A stretch of 64,000 nt of DNA from Lachnospiraceae bacterium UBA1748 (GCA_002314855.1 DCHQ01000039.1:70726-134725), one strand, 5' to 3'; numbered from the stretch's first letter, positions 30,292 through 40,980 are shown. Numbers and translations: made by a program. The notes: generated by a model from the letters alone, not told the origin.

Positions 30292-32679
30292 ATGATAAAA
30301 GTCGGAATGATGATAGCGGAACGCTATGAAATCATTGAAAAAATTGGAACCGGCGGCATGAGCGATGTATATAGAGCCAAGTGTCATAAGCTCAATCGTT
30401 TTGTGGCTGTCAAAGTACTGAAGCAGGAGTTCTCAGAGAATGCGGATTTCGTATCCAAGTTCAGAGTTGAGGCTCAGGCTGCAGCTGGTCTCATGCACCC
30501 TAATATCGTTAATGTATACGACGTAGGAGAGGAAAACGGATTCCATTATATTGTTATGGAGCTTGTAGAGGGAATTACCCTCAAAAAATATATTGAGAAA
30601 AAGGCCAGACTTTCAGTGAAAGAGGCCGTGAGTATTGCTATTCAGGTATCGATGGGTATCGAAGCAGCTCACAATAATCATATTATTCATCGTGATATCA
30701 AGCCTCAGAATATTATTATCAGTCGTGATGGTAAGGTTAAAGTTACAGACTTTGGTATTGCTAAGGCTGCAACAAGTAACACTATTACTTCCAACGTAAT
30801 GGGTAGTGTTCACTATACATCACCTGAGCAGGTTAGAGGTGGATTCTCCGATGAAAAGAGTGATATCTACTCACTTGGTATTACTTTATTTGAAATGCTC
30901 ACAGGACGTGTACCATTTAATGGTGAAACAACTGTAGCAGTAGCAATCAAGCATATCCAGGAGCAGATGCCATCACCAAGAGAATTTGTACCAGAGATTC
31001 CTATCTCTGTTGAGCAGATAGTTCTTAAGTGTACTCAGAAGAGCCCTGATAGAAGATATCAGTTTGCGCCTGAGCTTATTGAAGACTTAAAGAAGTCACT
31101 TATTAGTCCAGACGAGAACTTTGTTAAGATTAATGAAATAGCTGGTGGTGAAACTATTAATGTTTCTCAGGTTATTCCTAAGGGCGATATGGCCAAAATA
31201 AGACAGGTAGCTGATCAGCACGACAGATATGAGCAGGCTACTTCAAATACTGGCTCTATGGGCAAGAGTGGAACTGGCTCTATGCGTGGTGCAGTTCCTG
31301 AGCAGACACTTGATGTTGACACTAGTCTTGATCCTCTTGACGAGCAGTACTATACCGAGGATACTCAAGGTATGTACGATACTCAGGGCATGTATGACAC
31401 GCAGGGATATGATACTCAGGGTATGTATGAAGATGAATATCCAGTAGAGACAGCACCTGTTAACGTGGTTAATAAGACAGGAGAGCTTGGTCGTAGAAAT
31501 ACTAATAACAGCAGTAACAAGTCTACTACTAATAAGAAGAGCTCATCAGGTAAGAGTAATAGTAGCAAGAAGAGTACTTCAGGTAAGAAGAGTTCTTCCG
31601 GCAAAAAGACTGATGATTATAATCCTAAGACAGAATTCTTTACAACAATCCTTGTTGTTGTAGCAGCTATTATTATAGGCTGCGTATTCTTATATATTGT
31701 TGGCAAAGCTATGGGTATTAATTTATTCCCAGAGGCTGGTAAAGGAACCGAGAACACAGTTACAGAGATTCAAATGATATCGGTAACAGGTGTTGAGGCT
31801 GACGCAGCTCAGAATCAGCTTGAAAGCCTGGGCCTTGTTGTTAAGAAGGTGTACCAGCCAAGCGACCAGATGGAAGCTAACCGTGTAATAGGAGCTTCAG
31901 TACCAGAAGGAGCCACTATCACAACTGGTAGTGAAATCATTCTGTTTATATCTAGTGGAGCTGAAGGCGATGGTGCAGTTGTACCTGATGTAGTTGGTAA
32001 GTCAAGAGCCGAAGCCATTGTTTTATTTGAAAATGATTTGTTTAAATACAATGTTACTACTGTTACAAGTAGTTCTGTAGCCAAGGATGTTGTTATATCT
32101 CAGTCACCTGAAGGTAACACTAAGGCAGCTCCTGGAGCTACAATTGATATCGTAGTAAGCCTTGGCGCTGAGGTTGTACCAGTTACTATGCCTGGTGTTA
32201 TAGGTAAGAATGAAAATGATGCTAAGGTTGCATTAGAAAGTGCTGGCCTTATTGCCAAGATAACAAAGAGTGAGTATTCAAGTACTGTACCAGAAGGTCT
32301 TGTATGTTTCCAGAGCTACAATGAGGGCGATACAGTTAACTCAGGTAGCGAGGTAGAGCTTCATGTAAGTCTTGGTATTGAGCAGGTTTATTATGCATGT
32401 GCAATGCAGGTTAATTCACCAGCTGATTATGCAGGCGGAGATGCTCAGGTAGTACTTAAGGGTTCAGACGGATCTCAGTTATTTGCGACAACAACAAGCT
32501 CATTCCCAGTTGAGATTAATATCAATAGTATTTTTGGTATTGATGCTGGTGAGCTGTATATTACATACAATGTTAATGAGCCACAGGAAATCACAGATAG
32601 TGATGGTAATGTTACAGTTCAGAATGTTCAGGTGAGCAAGACCTATGGTCCTCATCCTATAACATTTACAAGGATGTAG
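30292..32679 (+). CDS. pknB: PASTA-domain Ser/Thr kinase (PknB/PrkC)
   Basis: GTGGMS, HRDIKPQN and DFGIA motifs, TM helix, about three PASTA repeats. Confidence 0.96.
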   Translation: MIKVGMMIAERYEIIEKIGTGGMSDVYRAKCHKLNRFVAVKVLKQEFSENADFVSKFRVEAQAAAGLMHPNIVNVYDVGEENGFHYIVMELVEGITLKKYIEKKARLSVKEAVSIAIQVSMGIEAAHNNHIIHRDIKPQNIIISRDGKVKVTDFGIAKAATSNTITSNVMGSVHYTSPEQVRGGFSDEKSDIYSLGITLFEMLTGRVPFNGETTVAVAIKHIQEQMPSPREFVPEIPISVEQIVLKCTQKSPDRRYQFAPELIEDLKKSLISPDENFVKINEIAGGETINVSQVIPKGDMAKIRQVADQHDRYEQATSNTGSMGKSGTGSMRGAVPEQTLDVDTSLDPLDEQYYTEDTQGMYDTQGMYDTQGYDTQGMYEDEYPVETAPVNVVNKTGELGRRNTNNSSNKSTTNKKSSSGKSNSSKKSTSGKKSSSGKKTDDYNPKTEFFTTILVVVAAIIIGCVFLYIVGKAMGINLFPEAGKGTENTVTEIQMISVTGVEADAAQNQLESLGLVVKKVYQPSDQMEANRVIGASVPEGATITTGSEIILFISSGAEGDGAVVPDVVGKSRAEAIVLFENDLFKYNVTTVTSSSVAKDVVISQSPEGNTKAAPGATIDIVVSLGAEVVPVTMPGVIGKNENDAKVALESAGLIAKITKSEYSSTVPEGLVCFQSYNEGDTVNSGSEVELHVSLGIEQVYYACAMQVNSPADYAGGDAQVVLKGSDGSQLFATTTSSFPVEININSIFGIDAGELYITYNVNEPQEITDSDGNVTVQNVQVSKTYGPHPITFTRM
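31360..31428 (+). repeat. Intragenic tandem repeat encoding (DTQGMY)x~4
   Basis: gatactcaaggtatgtac / gatactcagggcatgtat / gacacgcagggatat / gatactcagggtatgtat. Confidence 0.9.
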
Positions 32680-32682
32680 TGT

Positions 32683-33585
32683 ATGGCAGAGACACCGATA
32701 GTGTTAGAAGGAAGAATCATTAAAGCGATCGCAGGATTCTTTTATGTATATGCTGATGGCTATGGAGTTATTGAATGTCATGCCAAAGGCGTGCTAAGAA
32801 AAGGACCTTATCGACCTATAGTTGGTGACAGGGTAAGGTTAGAATTGATTGATGAGCAGGAAAAGTTAGGAAGTCTTATTGATGTATTAAAGCGAACCAA
32901 TTCGCTTATTAGGCCAGAGGTTGCCAACGTTGATCAGGCACTTATAGTATTTGCCTATGAGAGTCCAGAACCTAATCTTCAGCTTCTCGATAGATTTTTG
33001 CTTATGCTTGAAAAGCAGGGCACTAATTGCATTATCTGTTTTAATAAACTGGATATTGCTGATGATAACAAGAAAAAAGAAATACTTAATGCTTACAGTC
33101 AGTGTGGCTATCGTGTGCTTGAGGTATCAGCCAAGAGCCATGAAGGAATGGATGAAATAAACAGTCTTATCGAAGGCAAGGTTACAGCCTTTGCAGGACC
33201 AAGTGGGGTTGGAAAGTCATCACTTATTAATCTTATCTGTCCAGAAGCACTTATGGAGACAGGTAATATAAGCCGTAAGACTGAGCGTGGTAAGCATACA
33301 ACAAGACATTCACAGCTTTTTTATGTAAGACCAGATACGTATATTATGGATACGCCAGGCTTCACAGCCATTGATCTTATGGAAGGTGTGGAAGCCGAAG
33401 ATTTGAAACATTATTATAATGAGTTTTATGACTATGAAGGAAACTGTAGGTTTGATCCATGTTCTCATACCCATGAACCAGGATGTAGTGTTAAGGATGC
33501 TCGCGGAGAAGGTAAGATAAGTAAGATTAGATATGAAAATTATGCTTATCTCTATAACGAAATCAAAAGTAGAAAGAGATATTAA
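32683..33585 (+). CDS. rsgA: Ribosome small subunit-dependent GTPase A
   Basis: NKLD, GPSGVGKSS, RGKHTT, DTPG and C-terminal CRFDPCSHTHEPGC motifs. Confidence 0.96.
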   Translation: MAETPIVLEGRIIKAIAGFFYVYADGYGVIECHAKGVLRKGPYRPIVGDRVRLELIDEQEKLGSLIDVLKRTNSLIRPEVANVDQALIVFAYESPEPNLQLLDRFLLMLEKQGTNCIICFNKLDIADDNKKKEILNAYSQCGYRVLEVSAKSHEGMDEINSLIEGKVTAFAGPSGVGKSSLINLICPEALMETGNISRKTERGKHTTRHSQLFYVRPDTYIMDTPGFTAIDLMEGVEAEDLKHYYNEFYDYEGNCRFDPCSHTHEPGCSVKDARGEGKISKIRYENYAYLYNEIKSRKRY

Positions 33586-33625
33586 CGTTTATTAATTTTC
33601 ATAATTAATATGGGGGTATAACAAT

Positions 33626-34285
33626 ATGATTCATTTTGCTCCATCGATTTTATCGGCGGACTTTGCACATCTGAAAGAAGATGTTGACGCAGCAAAGAGG
33701 GGTGGCTGTGATTATTTGCATTTTGACGTTATGGATGGTGTATTTGTTCCATCTATTTCGTTTGGTCTTCCAGTGCTTAAGTGTGTAAGAGCATTTACAG
33801 ATTTATTTCTTGATGTACATCTTATGATAGTAGAGCCTGAAAGATATATAGATGAATTTGTTAAAAGCGGCGCTGACATGATAACCTTTCACTACGAGGC
33901 GACCAAAGATGTTCAGGCTGTTGTAGACAAGATTCATGGACATGGCATTAAGTGTGGTATAGCAATTAGCCCAGATACACCAGTTGATGTGATTAAGCCA
34001 TATCTTGATAAGGTTGAGATGATTCTGGTTATGACTGTTAATCCGGGATTTGGTGCGCAGGCATATATAGAGTCTTGTACCGATAAGGTAAGAACCGTTG
34101 CAGGCTGGATTAAGGAAGCAGGCCTTAGCGTAGATGTTCAGGTTGATGGTGGTATCAAGAAAGACAATATTCGAAGGATTATTGAGAATGGTGCCAACGT
34201 AATAGTAGCTGGCTCAGCAGTGTTTGTTGGTGATATTGAGGAGAATGCCAAAACCTTCAAAAAGATTTTCGATGAATATAAGTAA
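33626..34285 (+). CDS. rpe: Ribulose-phosphate 3-epimerase
   Basis: APSILSADF, HFDVMDG, DVHLM, MTVNPGFG and VDGGI motifs. Confidence 0.97.
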   Translation: MIHFAPSILSADFAHLKEDVDAAKRGGCDYLHFDVMDGVFVPSISFGLPVLKCVRAFTDLFLDVHLMIVEPERYIDEFVKSGADMITFHYEATKDVQAVVDKIHGHGIKCGIAISPDTPVDVIKPYLDKVEMILVMTVNPGFGAQAYIESCTDKVRTVAGWIKEAGLSVDVQVDGGIKKDNIRRIIENGANVIVAGSAVFVGDIEENAKTFKKIFDEYK

Positions 34286-34294
34286 TATAAAAAT

Positions 34295-34324
34295 AAAAAA
34301 ATGCTGGGAAATCCCAGCATTTTT
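34295..34324 (+). terminator. Rho-independent terminator
   Basis: AAAAATGCTGGGA-aa-TCCCAGCATTTTT. Confidence 0.8.
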
Positions 34325-34384
34325 GTTTGAGTAATACGTATATATATTATAAATAAATGATTATAGCCGTGAGGAGATGAAGCT

Positions 34385-35587
34385 ATGACTAAAAATGAAA
34401 GACGAAGACTTGCTACCTGTAATGCAGGCTGCATATTATTACGACTATTTATGATACTGCTTATTGTCATGATTATTGGCTTTATAGTAGGCGGATTAGT
34501 AGGAGCCCTGCCAGGGGTTATGAATATATGGGTCGATACAGCATTTTGGATATGGTACATCGTTGTATGCGTGATAATTGAGGCTGTAATATTCTGGCTG
34601 GGCATAATTATGGTTTATTTTACTGCCAATCAGCTTGGTATACGCTGGAGAGTACTTGGAATCGTTCTTGGATGGGTACCAATCGCCAATATTATTATGC
34701 TTTCATATATCATTCATGTAGCATCCAAGGAGTATAAGTACGAGAAAGCCAGAATTAAGAGAGATAAGGAAAGATATGCAGAGCAGATTTGTAAAACAAA
34801 GTATCCTATCCTTATGGTTCATGGAGTATTTTTCCGTGACTTCAAGACACTTAATTACTGGGGACGTATTCCTAAGGCTTTAGAGATTAACGGAGCAACC
34901 ATTTTCTATGGCAATCAGCGTAGTGCTGCTGCTGTTAGAGACTGCGCCGTAGAGATTCAGAAGAGAATTCTTGAAATAGTAGAAGAGACCGGCTGTGACA
35001 AGGTTAATGTAATAGCTCATTCCAAGGGGGGTCTTGATACGAGAGCAGCCATTACTCTGCCAGGTGTTGCAGAGCATGTTGCTTCACTTACTACTATAAA
35101 CACACCTCATAGAGGCTGTGAATTTGCCGAGTATTTACTTAATAAGATTCCAGAATCCATTCAAACCACAGTTGCAGGCGCTTATAACGCAGCCGCAGCT
35201 AAGCTTGGCGATAAGGATCCGGATTTCATGGCAGCTGTTAGAGACCTTACAGAGGATAACTGTGCAATTTTCAATGAAGAGATTAAAGATATGCCAGGTA
35301 TTTTTTATCAGTCATTTGGAACGAAGATTAATTCACCATTTGCGGGCAGTCGTTTTCCTCTTAATATGACAACCAAATTTGTTGAGATGTTTGATGGACC
35401 TAATGATGGTTTGGTTGGAGTAGAGTCATTCCCATGGGGTGAAAGATATCAGTTTATTGAGGATAAGAGCCCTCGAGGTATATCTCATGGAGATATGATT
35501 GATCTTAACAGAGAGAATTTTGATGCGTTTGATGTAAGAGAGTTTTATGTATCAGTTGTCGCTGATTTAAAGAATAGAGGCTTATAA
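34385..35587 (+). CDS. Membrane-anchored lipase (alpha/beta hydrolase)
   Basis: About three N-terminal TM segments. PILMVHG, AHSKGG nucleophile elbow, TPHRG, NDGLV and ISHGD motifs. Confidence 0.88.
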   Translation: MTKNERRRLATCNAGCILLRLFMILLIVMIIGFIVGGLVGALPGVMNIWVDTAFWIWYIVVCVIIEAVIFWLGIIMVYFTANQLGIRWRVLGIVLGWVPIANIIMLSYIIHVASKEYKYEKARIKRDKERYAEQICKTKYPILMVHGVFFRDFKTLNYWGRIPKALEINGATIFYGNQRSAAAVRDCAVEIQKRILEIVEETGCDKVNVIAHSKGGLDTRAAITLPGVAEHVASLTTINTPHRGCEFAEYLLNKIPESIQTTVAGAYNAAAAKLGDKDPDFMAAVRDLTEDNCAIFNEEIKDMPGIFYQSFGTKINSPFAGSRFPLNMTTKFVEMFDGPNDGLVGVESFPWGERYQFIEDKSPRGISHGDMIDLNRENFDAFDVREFYVSVVADLKNRGL

Positions 35588-35665
35588 TCTCTTTTATTAG
35601 GATTTACATAAATATATGTTTATGTTAAATTACTTATATTAAAAGATTGAAGAGGGATTATATTT

Positions 35666-36418
35666 ATGAAAAAGTTTTTGGCATTTGTGCTTGCGATAGC
35701 GTTGTTCGTAGGTACATCATCAGTTTCTTTGGCTGATAACCAGGTGTATGCGCTATATGTTAATACAGCTCAGAACGTTGTAACAGTTATGACAGTTGAT
35801 GCACTTGGAGTTGAGACACCTTATAAGGCAATGCTTTGTTCAACAGCTCGTTCTGGTCATGTTACGCCACTTGGTACTTATGCTACCAATGGTTATTATG
35901 ACTGGTGTTATATGGTTGATGGAACATGGGGAAGATATTCAGTTCGTTTTAACGGACCTATTTTATTCCATTCAGTTCCATATCTTGCTAAGAGTGTGGA
36001 TACTCTTGAGTGGGATCAGTTCAACAAGCTTGGTGAAGCAGCATCACTTGGCTGTGTAAGATTGTCAGTGGCTGATGCTAAATGGATATATGATAACTGC
36101 AAATATGGTACTAAGGTTGTTGTGTACTCTGATCCAACAAGCCCAGGACCACTTGGTAAGCCAACAGGTGTTAAGATTGATGCTAACAGTCCTAACCGCG
36201 GATGGGATCCAACAGATTCATCTCCATCAAACCCATGGAATGGAGGCGTAGGATTAGTAGTAGCTCCAGCCAACTTAACTTATAATAACTTTGACTATAG
36301 AAAATATGCTGATACATACGGCGATTTAAAGCTTGCATTTGGTTATGACAGAGATTTGTTATGGTATCACTATAACTACTTTGGTAAGAAGGAAGGCCGA
36401 GTGGTTAGCACATATTAA
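35666..36418 (+). CDS. Secreted L,D-transpeptidase (YkuD) with C-terminal cell-surface repeat
   Basis: Signal peptide, ILFHSVPY...ASLGCVRL catalytic motif, C-terminal FDY..YA..Y.DL..AFG....L..HY...G.KEGR module. Confidence 0.88.
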   Translation: MKKFLAFVLAIALFVGTSSVSLADNQVYALYVNTAQNVVTVMTVDALGVETPYKAMLCSTARSGHVTPLGTYATNGYYDWCYMVDGTWGRYSVRFNGPILFHSVPYLAKSVDTLEWDQFNKLGEAASLGCVRLSVADAKWIYDNCKYGTKVVVYSDPTSPGPLGKPTGVKIDANSPNRGWDPTDSSPSNPWNGGVGLVVAPANLTYNNFDYRKYADTYGDLKLAFGYDRDLLWYHYNYFGKKEGRVVSTY

Positions 36419-36450
36419 TGGTGGATTAATTAAACTGGCGAATTAATTAC

Positions 36451-36478
36451 GGGAAATGCGATAAGCATTTCCCTTTTT
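36451..36478 (+). terminator. Rho-independent terminator
   Basis: GGGAAATGC-gataa-GCATTTCCC plus TTTTT. Confidence 0.8.
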
Positions 36479-36639
36479 ATTATGGTATCGTAATATGATT
36501 GCTTAATTTTTGGCGTGAAAATGCCGAAAAAGGGGACAAAATTTGATTATATTTTGACAACTTATGTTATGTAATTGTATTATTACAGAATTATAATAAG
36601 CAATGGACTTTATATATAATAAAAAATGAGGAAAACAAG

Positions 36640-37992
36640 ATGAACAAGAATAAGCATATAGATGAGAATACTCCTCTATTATTTTTGGCTGGGCCAATGT
36701 TTGTGGAGATGTTTCTTAACATCTTGATTAATAATATTGATACAGTTATGCTTAGCCGTTATTCAGATAATGCTGCTGGTGCTGTTGGTGTATCCAACCA
36801 GGCAATGTTTCTGATGATTCTTTTATTTAACATTATAGCAACAGCCACATCAGTTGTAGTTGCGCAGTATCTTGGTGCCAACAAAAAAGATCAGATGAAT
36901 ATGATATATACTCTGGCTTTTGTTGTTAACCTGATAGCAGGCTTAGTATTAAGTGGTGGTCTTGTATTAGCAAGAGGCTGGATATTAAGATTACTTAATA
37001 CTCCTGACACAATGATGAAAGATGCTATGCTCTATATTGCCATAGTAGGTGGTGGCCTTTTTATTCAGGCATGCTACAACGTTATGCTTCAGATACTTAG
37101 ATGTAATGGCCACGCTAAGGTTGGTATGTATATTTCATTATTTATTAACCTTATTAATATTGTTGGTAATGCATTATTCTTATATGGACCACTGAAATTC
37201 CTTGGACTTGGCGTAGGTGGTGTAGCTATTTCTACAGTAGTTGCACGATTAGTTGCAATCATACTTGCAGTATCATTCTTCTACTACAAGTCAATAGGAC
37301 GTCTTTCTATCAGATACATTATTCCATTCCCAGTGGATATGCTTGTCAAGATGCTTAAGATAGGTCTTCCATCAGCGGGAGAGAATGTTTCATATAACAT
37401 ATATCAGCTCGTTTTATTATCATTTATTAATGGTATGGGTGATGATGCAACTAACGCAAAGGTATACTGTGCATCGCTTATGTCATTTGCTATGGTATTT
37501 TCTAATACAGCAGCAATGGCAACCCAGATTATTGTTGGTCACTTAGTTGGTGCTGGCAAGGAAGATGCTGCTTATAAGAGAGTATTTGCTACTCTTAAGA
37601 TATCGCTTCCAATCACAATAGGATTGGCTACAATCAACTGTCTTGCAAGTCCTTGGACACTTAGAATCTTTACTGATAATGAGAACATTATCCATCTTGG
37701 ATTCTATATTCTTATGGTTGATATTATGATTGAGATTGGTAGATGCCTTAATATGACATTTGTTAACAGCCTTAAGGCGGCAGGTGATTATGTATTTCCA
37801 CTTATTGTAGGTCTTCTTACAATGTGGGGCTTTGGTGTTCCAGTTGGATACAGCATGGGTATACTGGCAGGATTTGGTGTTGCTGGTGTATTCGTTGGTA
37901 CAGCCTGCGATGAGTTTTTCAGAGGTCTTATAGTAATGAGACGCTGGAGAATGCAAAAGTGGAGAGGCAAAAAGGTTATTGACGAGAAATAA
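36640..37992 (+). CDS. MATE-family efflux transporter
   Basis: About 12 TM segments, DTVMLS, VVAQYLGA, GVAISTVVAR and IGLPSAGE motifs. Confidence 0.92.
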   Translation: MNKNKHIDENTPLLFLAGPMFVEMFLNILINNIDTVMLSRYSDNAAGAVGVSNQAMFLMILLFNIIATATSVVVAQYLGANKKDQMNMIYTLAFVVNLIAGLVLSGGLVLARGWILRLLNTPDTMMKDAMLYIAIVGGGLFIQACYNVMLQILRCNGHAKVGMYISLFINLINIVGNALFLYGPLKFLGLGVGGVAISTVVARLVAIILAVSFFYYKSIGRLSIRYIIPFPVDMLVKMLKIGLPSAGENVSYNIYQLVLLSFINGMGDDATNAKVYCASLMSFAMVFSNTAAMATQIIVGHLVGAGKEDAAYKRVFATLKISLPITIGLATINCLASPWTLRIFTDNENIIHLGFYILMVDIMIEIGRCLNMTFVNSLKAAGDYVFPLIVGLLTMWGFGVPVGYSMGILAGFGVAGVFVGTACDEFFRGLIVMRRWRMQKWRGKKVIDEK

Positions 37993-38003
37993 ATAATACA
38001 TAG

Positions 38004-38036
38004 AGAATCAGAGCTTTGATGAGCTCTGATTTTTTT
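38004..38036 (+). terminator. Rho-independent terminator
   Basis: AGAATCAGAGCT-loop-AGCTCTGATTTT plus T tract. Confidence 0.8.
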
Positions 38037-38142
38037 ACTTTTAAACGTGGAGAGGTTTACTAATTTTTTGTGTTGCGAAATTAGTTATAGATGTGTGACA
38101 ATATACTATGATTAATAGATTAATTAGCGCTGGGAGAAAGAT

Positions 38143-38862
38143 ATGTACGAATTTACATCAAGAGTAAGATATAGCGAAGTAGATGCTAAGTGCAATTTGA
38201 AACTTAGTTCTCTTGCCAATTATTTTCAGGACTGCACAAGCTTTCAGTCGGAGGACCTTGGCATAGGAGTAGACTACTGGGCTTCCAATAAGAGAACATG
38301 GGTGCTTAACTACTGGCAGATAGATATACTTAGGTATCCTAAGCTTGCAGACTATATAACAATTAAGACTATTCCATATGATATGAAGAGCTTTGTTGGA
38401 TACAGAAACTTTTGCATTAAAGACAATGCCACTGAAGAAATAGTGGTTAAGGCCAATACAATATGGACATATATCGATACAGAGAGGCTTAGACCTGCTA
38501 GAGTAGGGGATGAAGAGAAGGATAAGTATGCTCTTGGTGAGAAGCTTGATATGGAATATGTTGATCATAAGATTGTTATTGAGGGTGAACGAGAGGTACG
38601 TGAGCCTATAGCTGTAACAGAATTTATGATTGATACTAATAATCATGTTAACAATGCCAAGTATATTGATATTGCGCTTGGATATGTTCCAGATGGAGAG
38701 CATGTGTGCAGGCTTCGTACTGAGTACAAGAATGCTGCAGTTTTGGGTGATACAATGACACCAGTTGTCTACAAGCAGGACAATGGCGTAATTGTAGCTT
38801 TTGAGAATGAGACTGATAATAAGCTTTATGCTGTATGTCAGTTTATTTATGGGAATAACTAA
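38143..38862 (+). CDS. Acyl-ACP thioesterase (FatA-like double hotdog)
   Basis: RVRYSEVD, WVL and IDTNNHVNNAKY motifs. Confidence 0.9.
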   Translation: MYEFTSRVRYSEVDAKCNLKLSSLANYFQDCTSFQSEDLGIGVDYWASNKRTWVLNYWQIDILRYPKLADYITIKTIPYDMKSFVGYRNFCIKDNATEEIVVKANTIWTYIDTERLRPARVGDEEKDKYALGEKLDMEYVDHKIVIEGEREVREPIAVTEFMIDTNNHVNNAKYIDIALGYVPDGEHVCRLRTEYKNAAVLGDTMTPVVYKQDNGVIVAFENETDNKLYAVCQFIYGNN

Positions 38863-39623
38863 TGAAGATAGAGTATATAGGACAGTGCGGTTTTATCATT
38901 AAGTCAGATGATATTAGTATCGCTATAGATCCAGTGTTAAGTGATTTATGTGAAAATGGTCAGAGTATTAGACTATATCCACCAGCATATTCAGCGAGTG
39001 AGCTTGATGTGGATTACATATTATGCACTCATGATCATATTGATCATATGGATATTCCAACTATTACTGATGCCATGAATAATCATAAGGATACTAGGAT
39101 AGTAGTTCCAAAGGGATGTATACCTATGCTTAGTAGCATAGAATCTTCAAGAATTATTGGAATAGGCGATAAAGAGACTGTTTTCTTAGAAGATGATAAG
39201 GTTAGTATTACTGGCATATCGACAGCACATCCTGTTCATCAGCTTGATGAGAATGGGCTTGATAGAAATCTGGCTTATGCGGTTATAGTTGGAAATAAAA
39301 GACTGGTTCACCTTGGTGACACATATTATACAGAGCGTCTTGAGAAGGCACTTGGTAGTCTTGGCAAAATAGATGTGCTTTTTCCTCCGATTAACGGAAC
39401 TGATGAGGAAAGAACTAATAAAGGGATAATAGGTAATCTTTCATCTACCGAAGCAGCGAAGCTTAGTGCTAAGCTTGGATGTGAATTAACCATACCAACT
39501 CATTTTGATATGGTTATTGGTAATACTGAGAATCCAGATAATTTTGTAAGGGAAATTAAGGCTATAGCACCAGAAGCAAAATATATCATTCCAAAGCTTC
39601 TCACGTGTTATTCTATAGATTAA
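38862..39623 (+). CDS. MBL-fold metallohydrolase (UlaG-like)
   Basis: GQCGF, THDHIDHMD, HLGDT, PING and IPTHFD motifs. Confidence 0.85.
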   Translation: MKIEYIGQCGFIIKSDDISIAIDPVLSDLCENGQSIRLYPPAYSASELDVDYILCTHDHIDHMDIPTITDAMNNHKDTRIVVPKGCIPMLSSIESSRIIGIGDKETVFLEDDKVSITGISTAHPVHQLDENGLDRNLAYAVIVGNKRLVHLGDTYYTERLEKALGSLGKIDVLFPPINGTDEERTNKGIIGNLSSTEAAKLSAKLGCELTIPTHFDMVIGNTENPDNFVREIKAIAPEAKYIIPKLLTCYSID

Positions 39624-40798
39624 TTATTTTCGAGAAATTTCTTATAGGTAATATCAATTGCAAATGCGCCAAGAGGCGCGGTAATCATAATAGCGACAAC
39701 TGATACCATCAGTACGACTGAGCCGCATGCAAGTCCCATTGCAAGTGGGAGTCCACCTATGGCAGCCTGAACTGTTGCTTTTGGTGTGTAGGCAAGCATG
39801 CAGAAGAGGCGTTCTTTTTTATTAAGCTTAGTACCAAGCATACATAAGAATACACCAAGCATTCTAAATACGAGTACACACATAATCAGTATTACAGCGC
39901 TTAATCCAGCTGATTTTAAGGTTTCTATTTCAACTGAGGCTCCTACAAGCACGAAGAGGAAGATTTCGGCTGCAACCCATAGCTTATCGAATTTACCAGA
40001 CAAACGGGTGGCAAGCTGCTGCTTCTTCTTTTTTATTACGCTGCCAATAGCCATTACAGCTATAAGTGAAGCAAATGGTATTATCTTACCCCATTTATCC
40101 TCAGCAGTTGTTAATGCAAAGCATATTCCAAGAAGAATGATTACCTTGACGCTGTCACGCATGTGGAATTTATTAAAGAATAAGTATAAAAGAAGACCAG
40201 TTATGATTCCGACTAATACGCCAACAACTATTGATACAGGGATAGCAATGAAGCTCTTAACGCTAATACTGCCACCAAGAGCAAGAGAGGTGAAGGTTGT
40301 GAATAATACTATAACGAACACATCATCGACAGATGCTCCTGCCAGAATCATTTGAGGAATACTCTTTTTACTACCGTAATTTTCATCAATAAGCTTAATC
40401 ATTCGAGGGACAATAACAGCAGGTGAAACAGCTGCAATTACAGAACCAAGTATGGCAGCTTCAAGTACTGATATACCAAGAATAGGTGGTGCAAGGAGTA
40501 CCATTCCTATTACTTCAAGAGTGGCTGGAAGAAAACACATAAGTATGGCAGGACGACCGACCTTTTTTAAATCGTCTAACGAAAGCTTAAGACCTGCACG
40601 AATGAGGATGATAATTAAAGCAATTTTTCTTATTTCAGCAGAAATATCAAGAATACTTGAGTCGATGATATTTAGCATATGAGGACCAATAAGTATACCA
40701 GCTATTATCATTCCAAATAGCGAAGGAAAGTGAAGTTTTTTACATACGTATCCTAGTATTAATCCAGAAAGTGTTATATAGGTAAGGCTGATAAGCAT
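39620..40798 (-). CDS. Cation:proton antiporter (CPA1/NhaP-like)
   Basis: Multi-TM, AAVSPAVIVP, GASVDDV and PKATVQAAIG motifs. ATG 40798 follows GGAG. Confidence 0.9.
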   Translation of the reverse strand: MLISLTYITLSGLILGYVCKKLHFPSLFGMIIAGILIGPHMLNIIDSSILDISAEIRKIALIIILIRAGLKLSLDDLKKVGRPAILMCFLPATLEVIGMVLLAPPILGISVLEAAILGSVIAAVSPAVIVPRMIKLIDENYGSKKSIPQMILAGASVDDVFVIVLFTTFTSLALGGSISVKSFIAIPVSIVVGVLVGIITGLLLYLFFNKFHMRDSVKVIILLGICFALTTAEDKWGKIIPFASLIAVMAIGSVIKKKKQQLATRLSGKFDKLWVAAEIFLFVLVGASVEIETLKSAGLSAVILIMCVLVFRMLGVFLCMLGTKLNKKERLFCMLAYTPKATVQAAIGGLPLAMGLACGSVVLMVSVVAIMITAPLGAFAIDITYKKFLENN

Positions 40799-40925
40799 AA
40801 TATTCTCCAATCTTTTCAGGGCCTTAACTTTGCAAGGCCAGTAGGGTAATTATAGCACTAAGATAGTATAATTCACTTATAATTGGGATGGGATTAATAT
40901 TTTTTTGATATTTTTTTGAAATAAT

Positions 40926-40951
40926 TGTAACGAAGCTAGATATAAGTTGTT
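40926..40951 (+). promoter_or_regulatory. Possible ECF-sigma autoregulatory promoter
   Basis: TGTAAC-N16-TGTT directly upstream of the ECF sigma gene, resembling the AAC...CGT pattern of ECF promoters. Confidence 0.4.
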
Positions 40952-40980
40952 AAACATAATAGAAAGCGAGGTGAGATATT

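Noticed and set aside
23388-34285. priA-def-fmt-rsmB-rlmN-stp-pknB-rsgA-rpe cluster
   Set aside because: This is a well-known conserved Firmicute gene order. Only the kinase linker repeats were kept as a finding.
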